A DNA stretch of 63,138 nt, filler included, from Olpidium bornovanus S191 (lineage: Eukaryota; Fungi; Olpidiomycota): NCBI GenBank assembly GCA_017911155.1. It is 33 parts of 33 records of this genome, joined end to end, with 100 filler letters (N's around TTAATTAATTAA, not from the genome) between each part and the next. Parts side by side here need not be neighbours in the genome. Positions count along the whole stretch, not along the records: positions 23,871 to 25,891 come from JAEFCI010009690.1; positions 25,992 to 27,365 come from JAEFCI010010162.1; positions 27,466 to 29,450 come from JAEFCI010006078.1; positions 29,551 to 30,861 come from JAEFCI010010038.1; positions 30,962 to 32,748 come from JAEFCI010002256.1; positions 32,849 to 33,965 come from JAEFCI010010690.1; positions 34,066 to 35,470 come from JAEFCI010006040.1; 26 more parts are not named here. One strand, given 5' to 3'. Shown here one piece after another: positions 23,915-35,033 of the stretch. A program made the translations under genes and the position numbers. A model generated the notes under the pieces. That model was not told the DNA's origin and did no database searches. It saw only the letters and a list, made by a program, of their open reading frames with translations. Each line of letters opens with the position of its first letter. The first letter of the stretch is position 1.

Positions 23915-25318
23915 CTGGCCGGCCCCATCCCGGGTGTTCGATGTCTTCGTGGACAGGCTGGGCCTCGTAGGCAATCACGGCGACGCGGGTGAGACCCGCT
24001 TGGATCAACTGGTACACGCGCTATACAGTCCCGAGAAAAACAAACACGCACACAGCTCATAAGCAGGGGGCGCTGACCGGGCCTACGGGCCACGTCGGCG
24101 AACGGCACAAAAAGCCTGTGGGTCCTGACCTTTGGCAGGTCGTCCTGGTTGATAGGCACGTACATCTTCGCGATGTCCGCGAGGGCGCTCCGCACAGTCA
24201 CTATCCTACTGAACGCAAAAATTCCGGCGACGACAGCCTGCGGCGACGGGCGGAAAGGAGGGGAGGGGAGGGGAGAAGGGTTTTTATGCGTTTCAATACG
24301 AAATCCCGCGCAGATCTCTTTCGGCGCTCCGCGAAAGGCGGGGCCGGCAACCTCAATATCTCGTAACCCACGAAAAGCGTGTATGCGGCAGCAACAACAA
24401 CTGCGTTCGCGGGTATCCGAAAATGCGTTACGGCAGCGTTCGACAAAAGAGGAGGGTGCAACGAGATGAAAAAGCCCCGAAGCGCGCGCAAGCACTGCCC
24501 ACGCCTCCCCGCCTCCATTTCCCACTCCGCCCCCCGAGCCAGACTCACGAAAGTTTTTGACGTTTATTATCGTCACACCCTCGCGCAGTTCCGCCGCCTG
24601 TATGAAGATGTCAGACGCCGTTATCGCTACGCTGGGGCCCGTTGATCGGGGATCGTTTTGTCGGAAGGAAAGAAAATGGGCGTGTGTTTGGGGGGGAGAA
24701 GGGGGTACCGGAAAATTCCGAAAACGTCAAACAAAAGAAAGACGGCAAAACCTTTGGTCGCCGGTGGTCCCGGCTTGCATCACCCACCGCACCCCTTCCT
24801 CTCTTTCCCCGCACCGGATTTTCGAGGGAACGAAATAAAAATTTTCTCGCGTACCACAGCTGAAAACGTTTTGCAAGCGCGGCGATGCGACGGAAAAAGG
24901 GCGGCGCGGGGGGATGGTGGTGGTGGTTGCGAGAGGGGAGCGGGCGACAGCCAAATCCAGAAACGATTCAGAACCTTATTGCAAAGAGCGCGGGCGAGAC
25001 CCCCCCCCCCCAACAGTTCTCGACGACCGAAACAGAAAAAAGGGAACATTATATATTCCCCCTCTTCCCTTCCCGCCCTCGTACCGCTGTGGCTCCGATG
25101 AAAAGGTACACCGACTTGCTGCGAGTGTGCGACGCGTCGAGCTCGGGCAGCGTCGTCATCCCGGGCGGGCCGCCCACTTCGGACGCGGGAGCCCCGGCCG
25201 AGGCTCCGGACGCCGCGTTGCCGCCTCCGCCGGGTGGCGAGCTGATCGTGCCGGCGCTCGCGCGGCGGCCGGCCGGCCACGCGGCTCTCCTTCCCGCACT
25301 TGCGGAAGACCACTTCAT
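23915..25318 (-). CDS. DLT1: Dlt1-like two-TM protein, 5' part (6 exons including a 5-nt micro-exon)
   Basis: Spliced: SVYLFIGATA|LC|VAITASDIFIQA..KNF|LVVAAAYTLF|AVVAGIFAFSRIVTVRSALADIAKMYVPINQDDLPK|RVYQLIQAGLTRVAVIAYEAQPVHEDIEHPGWGRP; exons 25318-25085, 24859-24855, 24631-24549, 24400-24372, 24237-24130, 24020-23915, all in phase. Confidence 0.8.
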
Positions 25319-25991
25319 GCCGGGCCCGCAAACGCCCCGCGTGCAGAACCGCGCCGGGCTGGCAGAGGAGGGGGAGCGAAGGGGGTGTATTTTTTCGGCG
25401 GCGGGACAGGCCAGGGGTATGGGAAGCGGGCCCGGCAGAAGCGCGGTTTCCACCTGTGACCGGGGCCGGCGCCGGCGAGCTGCCGGCGGCAGCCCTGCGG
25501 GCTCCTGCGGGCGGTCCTCGGGGCGTTTTCTCACTTCCGAGAAACGGGGCGTTTTTTCTCGTCACGGGGAGGTCAAAAAAATAAAATAATCGGGGATTCC
25601 CCTCGCTTTTCTTCACCCCCGCCTCACCCCCGCCCACCCCCCCTTGCGTGCGGCTGTCCCGCAATTTTTCGTTCCCCGCAGCCAGCGAAAAAAAAGCGCA
25701 AAAAGAAAAGGAACGCATAAAATGCCGCACGTTTTTTTTTTCCGGCCGGGAAAGACGGGGGAAGGTGTGGGGGAGGAGGAAACGCTCCCTCGCGGTGTGT
25801 CACTCTCCGCCCGGTTTCGTGCGCCCGGTCTTCCCAACCGGGTGAGCGGCGTGCGCGGCGGGAGGTTTGCGCGAGAGAGTTCGGCGGGGGGNNNNNNNNN
25901 NNNNNNNNNNNNNNNNNNNNNNNNNNNNNNNNNNNTTAATTAATTAANNNNNNNNNNNNNNNNNNNNNNNNNNNNNNNNNNNNNNNNNNNN

Positions 25992-27299
25992 AGCGCGGCT
26001 GTTAAGTTCCCGAACACGGAACACGAGATCTGGACCGCCAAACAATCAAAAAAGATAATCAGCTTTTTGCAAATTGACTCCCCAGGAGATTACACTCAGG
26101 CCCTGTTTCATGCACAGTACCGTGTACGGCGTCCTTGTGGTCATCCTCGAACACCTCTGCTTCGCCAATATGGAGGTCAAAGAATACCCTCTGGCGTGAG
26201 GTGGGGGGGGGGGGGGGGGGGGCCGGCAGAGCGTCACGTTCAGAGGGCCGGACCGAGACCGTGCGCTTCCCAGATGTAATACAAGCGCAAACCCAGCGTG
26301 CTCACGGTGGAAAGCGACGAAAACCGAGCGGTCGCGTTGGTCGAGATGCAAATCGCGTGCTCGCCCGATTCCGCGGATGTAAACGCAAACTTCCCCTCGT
26401 GTTGGCCCCTCTGGTTCAGGATCCGGTGACGTTGCGGAAGTTCCTACGTTCCGTGCGAGCATACGGTTGTGAAGTCAGCAAACAGTCTCCCGTTCGGGCG
26501 GCAAGGGCAGGACCGCACGGCGCTTCCGGAAGTTTGACAACCGGCCGCATGGAAAATGGGAGACGGGCTCACTTCAACGACGAGCTGAATGCTTAGCGCG
26601 GGATTCGAGGAAACACTAGCATGGCCTTCCGTGCCGTCCTCCAACCGATAGTCACCTGAGCGGCGAATAGGAGTCAGGCAGGTTCGGGTCAGCTGACACT
26701 CCTTGCCGGGAAGAGAGCGGCTTCGGGTTTATTGACCGGGGCTACTGCGCTTTTCCGGCCGCAGGACACGTCGCTCGCCTAAAGAAGGACGGCCTTCACG
26801 GTGCCCTTTGCCGGTCGTGCTTCAAGCTTTACGGCAACTTCCCCGCGCAATTCCTTGGGTTCGTTTTCCTGTCCTTCTCCCCTCCTCGCAAACCGCCCTT
26901 CGACATGTCCACCGGTCCAAAGCCCACCACCAGGCAACAACCAGTGGGGTCCCGAGTCGCCTGCGCCCCGCCGCCGCGCCACGCCACGCCACGCCAAAGG
27001 GCCACCTCTCGTGGAGTCGTCTCGGCGGACTTCCTCGTTCGCAATCGGGGGGAGGGTGGGTGGAGGTCGCGGAAAGTCACTTTTTCTTTTTTTTTTTTTT
27101 TTTTGGCAGTACCGTGGACAGTGGTTCCTTTGGGCAAGTCTTCCGTGAAGCATTTTTGCTCCGACCCGATAAGGTAGAAGTGAAGCGCGTCCGCAGCCGA
27201 CGGAAGGAGCGCGAGAGCCAGCAGCAGCACAAGCGCGACGGCGAGCGAGGCGGCCTTAGCGCTTCCCGCGGGCTTTCTTGTCGTCGGCGCCGGCGCCAT
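25992..27299 (-). CDS. emp24/gp25L/p24 family cargo receptor (alpha subfamily, Erp1/TMED9-like), 5' part
   Basis: Signal peptide then ALHFYLIGSEQKCFTEDLPKGTTVHG|DY..|EGKFAFTSAESGEHAICI..|RVFFDLHIGE..|DLVFRVRELN (GOLD domain plus coiled coil). Confidence 0.92.
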
Positions 27300-27465
27300 C
27301 TTACACCCTGCTGGGGCCCGCGCTGTCGTGCAGGAAAAGGGAAGCGGGGCGGGGGCGGGGGCGGGNNNNNNNNNNNNNNNNNNNNNNNNNNNNNNNNNNN
27401 NNNNNNNNNTTAATTAATTAANNNNNNNNNNNNNNNNNNNNNNNNNNNNNNNNNNNNNNNNNNNN

Positions 27466-28819
27466 CATGTTGGCAAGTACGACGGCGGCGGCGGCGGGGG
27501 AGGAGGAAGAAACGGCGCCGTCTCCGGCCGCGCTGGAAGAAACGGGGCCGACGCCGGCCGGAGCTGGTGAGGAGGACGCGCTTCTTCGGGCCGATGCTGC
27601 GCCGCCTCCGGAAGAAACGGGGCCGAAATCGGCCGAAGCTAGAGAGGAGGACGCGCTTCTTTGGGACAATGCCCCGCCGGCCGAGCGCGAAGGCGGCGCT
27701 GCCGCGGCGGCGCAAGGGAACGGGCCTGCCGGGGAACCCGATGATGCGGGCGACGGCGGCGGGCCGCCGACGGAGGAGGAGGACGACGAGCAGCGACTGG
27801 GCCAGACACCGCAAAGCGAGCAGCACCCGCAACGGGGGGCCAGAAAGCGGCGGCGGCGGAGGAGCCGACCCCTGTGCGAGCTCGTCATCGTGGACGAAGA
27901 CGTCACGCCGCGGTTTATCCTGCGGGACAGTGCGGCCGCCGTCAAGGCCGTCGCTTGGTGTCCTTGGGAGCCTAACCTCCTCGCGACCGGTGAGTTTGCG
28001 ACGAGGCTAGCGACGGCTTCCGGGGGGATCAGCGGAGCTTTTGCCGCGTTGCTGGAACCGCCGGCATTTTCTTGTCTTTCCCCTTCCCTCTTCCCTGTCG
28101 CCCGAACGTGTATACTCCCGTCGGATTCTCCACCTCGGTTTGAAATTTAAATTGACGCTTTCGCGCCTCTTTTCCTCTCCGTTTTTCGCTCTCTTAACCT
28201 CATTTTGACAAACCCCTTCTTAATAGGCGGGGGCACCCAAGATCGGACCATCCGCTTTTACAACGCGCGGACGGGCCAGCTTCTTCGCAGCATCTCGACG
28301 CCGTCGCAGGTGACGACGCTCATCTGGTCGCGGCTGTACCGCGAGATCCTGTCGACGCACGGCTTCGCGGTGCCCTCGTCCGAGTCGACGACGCCGCCGT
28401 CGTCAGCGGCTTCGGCGGCGGCGGCGGCGGCGGCGGCGGCAGCGGACCAGACGTACCAGAACGCCGTGTGCGTGCACGCCTACCCGTCGCTGGCCACCCT
28501 GGCCACCATCCCCGCCCACGACACTCGCGTGCTGTACTCGGCCGTCTCGCCCGACGGCCAGACGGTCGTGACGGGCGCCGGGGACGAGTGCCTCAAGTTC
28601 TGGAAGTGCTGGGCAGCGCCGGCCCCTCCCCCGATCGACCACCTTGCCCGCCGGCATTTGCACCACCTCCTCCACCGCCACCATCGCGAACATGATTGCC
28701 CCGGATCGCCCCGCCCCGGCCCCTGTGGCCGCCGCGACGACAGGCGACACCGCCACTTCGGCGAGCTGGAAGAAGCGGTTCTCGACGACATCGAGAGCGA
28801 GGCCGACCTCATACGCTGA
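27466..28819 (+). CDS. CDC20: Cdc20/Fizzy-family APC/C activator, 3' part (2 exons)
   Basis: AAVKAVAWCPWEPNLLAT|GGGTQDRTIRFYN..SQVTTLIWS..REILSTHG..HDTRVLYSAVSPDGQTVVTGAGDECLKFW and C-terminal IR tail. Exact paralog (Cdc20/Cdh1/Ama1) uncertain. Confidence 0.88.
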
Positions 28820-28870
28820 CCACTAACGACCCGCTTGACGCTGACCACTAACGACCCGCTTGACGCTGAC
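28813..28870. repeat. 25-bp perfect tandem duplication spanning the stop codon
   Basis: acgctgaccactaacgacccgcttg x2 plus acgctgac. Confidence 0.95.
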
Positions 28871-29552
28871 GTTCGCGCGGCCAGTACAGGATTTACCACC
28901 GCTAAACAGAAAGAAAAAAGAAGATGTGAAGTAACCACCATATTATCTTTTGCTGCGGTTTTTCCCTCAACCCCATTCCCCAAACCCCGCCCCCCCCCTT
29001 CGTCCCCTCCTTTTTTGCTTGTAATTACCAACTCAACCCGGTTTTTTGTCAAAAACGCTTCACATCCCCCTTTTCACTCCTTCCGCACCTTGGAACCGTG
29101 CCCACTGAGGCCCAACATTTTGCCCTTTTCCCCTTCCGCCCACGCTACACCCTCGGATTGATTATGAACGTCCGGATCCCCAATTACTTTGTTTGTTTTT
29201 CCTTTCTTCTTTTCTTACGACCAGTCGCGCGTTGCGGGAATTTTCTGCCCGCGCCGCTTCCCCGCGATACCCCCTCATTGTATGGGGAAATTTGCCGTAA
29301 TAGCAGCCCAGATTCCAGAAAGCGTACGACAGTCCAAAAATAGAAGCTCTCGGTGCCCTTTGGCTTCTCGCATGATCTTTTGATGCTGCCCGTCAGTCGG
29401 GTGGCTTGGGACAAGCCCCGCCGTCAGCTTGTTGACTTACTCTATTTGTCNNNNNNNNNNNNNNNNNNNNNNNNNNNNNNNNNNNNNNNNNNNNTTAATT
29501 AATTAANNNNNNNNNNNNNNNNNNNNNNNNNNNNNNNNNNNNNNNNNNNNGT

Positions 29553-30861
29553 TCGGCCGCGTCCCAGAAGAGCGCGGTAGAACATAACGACTTCACCGGT
29601 CTGAGGTTCTGTTGGGACTGCATCCCGAACGAGCGGCTGGCGTACGACGCCTTCAAGGCGCGAGAGAACTGCCGCAGTAAGATAACGGTTGACGCCCTCC
29701 GGAGCAGAAGACTTGCGCTTCTCTGCACGGTCGAGCTCTACCTGCAGCTGCGGTGCACCGAGGAATCGCGGCTGGCGATCTGGGCCGCGCTGCACCTGTC
29801 GGAGAAGCTCCCGGAAGACGACATCGACTGCGCGATTCAGTCCACCGCCGCAATTGTGTGTTGGCTGAACAACGACCCAGACTACGAGGTGAAAAGATAC
29901 CTGCTTCTTTCGCTGGAAAAGCTGAAGAACGTACTGCACGGCGCGGCGCAGCCGATCGTTTCGAGCGTGCTGGAAAACGCGCTCTTTTACGACTTCATGC
30001 GAGGCTCGTGGGACACGCTCGGCCAAGACCTGGCCGAATTGCGGAGGCACGCCCGCGCGAACAAGGACTTCGCGCTGGTCGAGCGCCTCACGAGGATGGA
30101 GATATACTCGCGGCTGCAAAGCGGCAAACAGTCGCGAGCTTACCAGCTCGCCGCGGAACTGCGAGAATCGGTTGCGAAGTCCGAGCGGCCGGGGAGCAGG
30201 TTCTGGGCGACCTACCACGTGCTCGCCGTCTCCATCTTTAACGCGTCCCGGCGCGGCGACGAGCTGGAGGAGATGCAACAGGCCCTCGCCGCGCACTACG
30301 ACAAGATCGTGTTCTCCGGCAAGTTCGGCACACCGCAGGAAGAGCACTTCGTCGTCGCGTATCACACCATGCAGACAGCCGTCGACATCGTCCGCAACAA
30401 GTACGGCCGGTTGCACCAGTTCCTGCAGCTCGGACTCCCTTCCATGACCGAAACGCACCGTCTCGAATGGGAGACGCAGGTCGGGCTGTTCACGTTTTCC
30501 AGGGCGTTGTTCACCGCCATCGCTTTCGGCGCGCGGCTGGACGCTGCCCCTCAGTCGCACGAAAACACGGAGGGGATGAGCAGGGTTTCCCATGTGATGA
30601 AGAAGGCGCTGGGCGTTCCGCTGTCGGCGAAGGGCCCCGACGGCACGACGGGGCGGCGGCCGAGCATGATAGCGGCCGCCGCGGCGGGTCTGGTCAGGCG
30701 GCTTTCGGCTAGAAGTTCCGGCCAACCGACTGCTTTCCAAGAGAAGGCGGCGGCCATGTGCCAGCAGGTCCTCGGAATCCTCGAGCGCAGTAGCCACATC
30801 TCGTGCCACGCAAAGCAGCTGTCGTCCATCTACCAGGGGCTCATCAAGCTAATCCTCGAAA
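29553..30861 (+). CDS. All-helical TPR-like protein, internal fragment
   Basis: Frame open across the whole 1.3-kb contig (about 436 aa); helical amphipathic pattern; loosely like C-terminal regions of soluble adenylyl-cyclase-type proteins (unconfirmed). Confidence 0.6.
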
Positions 30862-31036
30862 NNNNNNNNNNNNNNNNNNNNNNNNNNNNNNNNNNNNNNN
30901 NNNNNTTAATTAATTAANNNNNNNNNNNNNNNNNNNNNNNNNNNNNNNNNNNNNNNNNNNNACGTCCGGCTTTGGAATCGTCGTTTATCTTCTTTATATG
31001 GCCATTCAGGTCGCCGTTCCGCATTGCGCGTTTCAG

Positions 31037-31840
31037 GAACGGGTCACCTTCGCAGAGTTCAAGGTCTTTAGCAAGATCATGAACAATATTGAGGACGTCG
31101 GGCTCGCGATGAGATTGTACAGCCAGGTAGAGACCGCGCAGCGCCGTCAACTGCGACGCCGTGCCAACTGGCCGGCGCTTGCAACTGCGGCAGTGATGGT
31201 TGGTGAGGGGAGAGGCCTTTCCCTGGTTCACGTGCATTCTTCCGCCCGGTTTTCAGGCGGGCATGTGCGACCCGAAGGGTTTCTCCCCTAGCGACTTGTC
31301 TCGCGCTATCAGATCCGCCACGAATACGTCGCTAAGCGGGACGCAGATCAACGTAATTGATCGCATCTTCGACTGCAACGGTCCGTTAAAAATCCTCGTC
31401 TTCCTTTTCGGTCTCATAACGGCCGCCAGACCCCTTGCCTCTGACAATCTTCCGTCATCACCAGGCGATGGCTATCTCAACCACGAGGAGCTGCTCGACG
31501 TGCTGAAGAAGCGGCGGAGCTGCGGGCTGGATCAGGGACTCGCTCCGATTTTCGTTTGCGTGATTCATCGACTGTTTGGCTTTTCGAGGCAAAAGAGCGT
31601 AAATTACAATTGTCCTGCCGTTCTTTCCCCCGCCGGCCATGCTTGGCGTCCCCGAAACTAGCCAAGAGATATTGGAATTCTGCGGTACGTCCGCCACATG
31701 CTTCGGTGCGTGGCCGACCCGATGAGCTCCCAGTAAACACTACCTGGTGCCCCTTTATGTATACACTTGGTCGTTTCGTGCCAGAAAATCGTAGCATCTA
31801 CGCGTCATGTCGTGAATTCAGCAAGTGCGACAGCAAGTAG
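31037..31840 (+). CDS. MICU1: MICU-family mitochondrial calcium uptake protein, 3' part (5 exons)
   Basis: ERVTFAEFKVFSKIMNNIEDVGLAMRLY..INVIDRIF-DCNGDGYLNHEE (canonical EF-hand)-LLDVLKKRRSCGLDQ|PRDIGILR|IYASC.. parallels MICU1 FDCDGNGELSNKEF..RGLEKPKDMGFTR. Confidence 0.85.
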
Positions 31841-32043
31841 TTGTCGTCCTGTTGAACACAAGTTTCATTTTTTTTGAGGAAACTACTGTCAATTGGAAGT
31901 CACACCGGGTTCAGTTGGGCTTCTGAGAAATGCCGAATGCCGCCGTTCCAGCGGCCAACAACTATCAGGAAAGGCAGGCGGGCTGGGGTGACTCGTAACG
32001 TGCCGTCACTTTCCGGGCAAATAACTGTAAGCAAGCACGCCTG

Positions 32044-32748
32044 TCATTCGATGACACCCGTGGATAAGGCCGCCCACAAGCCGTCATGCCTCAGTTGGCT
32101 CGCAAAGGCAGCCAGGAACTCCACGGCCGCCGCCCGGTTCTCGCCGTGGGGGGTGTGCTGCTGCCTGTCGGCAAAGATCAACACAATATTCAGCCGCGCT
32201 GTGACCCGACATAGGTAGTATCCCACGCCGAGTTTCCAATCGTAAAAGTACACCACCGATAGCTGCTCCGCCGGCGCTGCTACTGTGAACTGAGCGAGAC
32301 CTGCAGCGCCACCGGATGCGAGAGACGGTGGCACCCGTCGAGAGGCCGCGCTGTCATGGCGGGAGAGTCTGGGCGGCGCGAGCACCGGCGCCTGCGAGGG
32401 AGCCCGCACAAGAGAAGGAAAATGGTAGTTGCTCGCGGCACCCTTTTGGTTATTGGCTGTGTGGGGCGGCTCTGCTGAGCCGAAAGGGCCGTGGAGGGAC
32501 AGCCGCCGGGACATTCCATGCAGGAGCGACACAAGGTTTGGCCAGTGCTCCATCGGAGCGGGCTGGTAAACACGCCAATTCAGTCAGACCTCATGCCGCA
32601 AACCGCATCGGAAAAAAAGGCCAGTTATCAGCATTCGTCCGACCTCCGGTTGGCTGAAAATGCACGGGTATGCCTTCATGCCCGTCCGCGGCTGGGCGAC
32701 GAGCTCCGCGGCTTCTTTGACGAGTAGAGACGGCGAGCAGCGCATCTC
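32044..32748 (-). CDS. KICS2: KICSTOR subunit KICS2 (C12orf66) homolog, 3' part (2 exons)
   Basis: YPCIFSQPE|PAPMEHWPNLVSLL..VVYFYDWKLGVGYYLCRVTARLNIVLIF..EFLAAFASQLR parallels KICS2 [45 protein letters not shown]. Confidence 0.8.
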
Positions 32749-32848
32749 NNNNNNNNNNNNNNNNNNNNNNNNNNNNNNNNNNNNNNNNNNNNTTAATTAA
32801 TTAANNNNNNNNNNNNNNNNNNNNNNNNNNNNNNNNNNNNNNNNNNNN

Positions 32849-33911
32849 CATGACTTCGTAACACAGGTTGTTGTTCTCGCATTTTCTGCGGACCTGGAGA
32901 ATACGGCGGTGGGGTTGCGGGAGGGTTCAGAAACGCAGGTCTGCGCCGTGGCCCAGAAGGGGAAATGGGGGGCCGTTTTCCGCAGAATTCCGGGCGAAGG
33001 CCCCCCCCGCAACACGCGCGCTCGCGCTCACGTCGTACACGTTCTTGCCCGATTTCTGGAAGGGCCCCAGGATTTTGTTGTTGCAGTACACTGCCCGGCG
33101 CGAGACCAAAAGAGAACGGTCAGGCGGGAAGAAGGGTGGAAGAGGAGGTGGGGGGGGAAATGGGAGGAGGGAAAGAAGCGCTTCCGTCCCTCCACCTCCC
33201 CCGAATTCAATTTTGCGCGAAAAATCGGCCCCGAAATAATAAAAGGAGCTCACGAGAAGCGGGCAAGCAGCCCAGGGTTGAAGGGTTGTCGTAGCACTGC
33301 TGGATGAGCCGGGCGCACGTGCCGTAGGCGCTGGTCATTGAGTCGCATTCCGACTGCGAGACCGCAGGCCCGTACGGATTGTTGCACGCTTTTTTTTTGT
33401 TTTTGTTGGTGCGGGAAGCGGCGACACACAAAAAAAAAAAAAAAAAAAAAAAAAAGCTTGGTTGAGCTTCGGAACAATATCCGAAACGCCCACCACGGGT
33501 TGGGAAATAAAAACCGGGGCTGGAGAAAAAAACCTCCCTCCGTACCGTATTCGCCGTAGTACTTGTACTGCACGAGCGGGTCCGTCAAGCCGTTGCCAAT
33601 CGCGACCGATTTCAGAGGCACCACCAGCAAGTCCGAGTTCCCCGCCGCTACCAGCTTGTTCTCCTTTACAATCAAGCCGGCCAGTTGCGGGATGTAATGT
33701 CTTTTGCGGCGTCCCCACGACCCCCACCCGCGTCAGTAGGCGTTTTTGTTTGTCCGCGACGAGGCGCGAGTACAAAACAAAATGATGGAAAAGGGCACAG
33801 AAAAAAAAGTAAAAATAAAATTGGGAGAGGCCGGAGACTCAGCCGTCACTCTGCTTACCCGGCGTAGGACTCGCCGGCAATGTGCAGGTCCAGTTTGCTA
33901 TATTCGTCAAA
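32849..33911 (-). CDS. Serine carboxypeptidase S10 (carboxypeptidase Y-like), internal 5 exons
   Basis: LHIAGESYAG|HYIP (catalytic Ser motif)..IGNGLTDPLVQY..|C..CYD..C|YC..GKNVYDV|KC..LCY. Confidence 0.93.
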
Positions 33912-34176
33912 CTGACCGATGACAGAAAAAAAAAGGAAAAAAAAACGGGGAATAATAAAAGCATGNNNNNNNNNNNNNNNNNNNNNNNNNNNNNNNNNNN
34001 NNNNNNNNNTTAATTAATTAANNNNNNNNNNNNNNNNNNNNNNNNNNNNNNNNNNNNNNNNNNNNACGCTTTCCCTTCCCGCTTTGTCCGTCGCTCCGCC
34101 CGTCGCTCCCCCGCTCCCCGCTCCCGCTCCTCCGCTTCCGGCTCCGCTTCGGCAGCTATGGGCCTTACCAGTTTAC

Positions 34177-34900
34177 CTCATCCATGTCGTTCAAACGAGT
34201 CTCAAACGCCGCCAATCCAGCGGCTGAATCATTGGCCTTCGTCGTAAACAGATTCATCTCCTCTCTAATAGACTCAAATTTCGAGTCCATGCGGCTGTTT
34301 TGATTCGCAAGCTTCTGCAACGTTGTATCCTGCTCGGAAAGCCGTTTCTCCATTCTGGCACGTTCCATCTGAAACCCGTTTGTCAGCTAGTCATTGTCTG
34401 CCAAGTTTCTTGTGCTAACACAATCGCTCACATTGTTTTTCTGGATTGCGGTGAGTATGGTGCGCGATAGAATATAGGTTGCGACATTCTTCGAGAGCAG
34501 AAATTGCAGTGGCGGAAGAATCCGATGCAGTTTGCTGTGTTAATTTGCAACGTACGACTTGATACAGCAATTTTCTCTTTCCATCCTTGTTTGATCCCTG
34601 CAATTGGCAATTAGAATTAGCAATTGGCATCTGCAATTACATAAGTTTAAAAGCTATACTTATAGCAGGGCGATAAAAATACGTTGAGGCTAGCTTGGGC
34701 AACACCACACTCCAACAAAAGCTTTTCGATTTCCGCAACGGTTTCTCCAGTTTCACTGGTAGCGCCACGCCGTGGCCTTTTGTTCTCCTGGACGGTTTCT
34801 CCAGTTTCCCTGGTAGCGCCACGCCGTGGCCTTTTGTTCTCCTGGTTTTCTTCATTGCTACTTTCTGCCTGATTTACCTTACGACGTTGCGGCATGACGT
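34177..34900 (-). CDS. Hypothetical multi-exon coiled-coil protein, partial
   Basis: MPQRRKV.. exon with a duplicated 18-aa unit, then in-phase GT-AG exons ..HRILPPLQFLLSKNVATYILSRTILTAIQKNN|MERARMEKRLSEQDTTLQKL.. Confidence 0.45.
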
Positions 34901-34915
34901 GACCTGAAGGAAAGA

Positions 34916-35033
34916 GGCAGGCAGGCAGGCAGGCAGGCGAGCAGGCAGGAAGGAAGACAGGAAGGCAAGAACGAAGGAAGGAATGAAGGCAGGAGTGAAG
35001 GCAGGAATGAAGGAAGGCAGGCAGGCAGGCAGG
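34916..35033. repeat. (GGCA)n/(GGAA)n compound microsatellite
   Basis: Read directly from the sequence. Confidence 0.9.

Noticed and set aside
23915-24020. LIQAGLTRVAV resembling cytidine/dCMP deaminases
   Set aside because: No HxE or PCxxC motifs; the spliced context fits Dlt1.
29499-30809. Long antisense ORFs such as this 436-aa one (also 6968-7732, 16639-17709, 48082-48999)
   Set aside because: Shadow ORFs caused by GC-rich codon usage of real genes on the other strand or frame.
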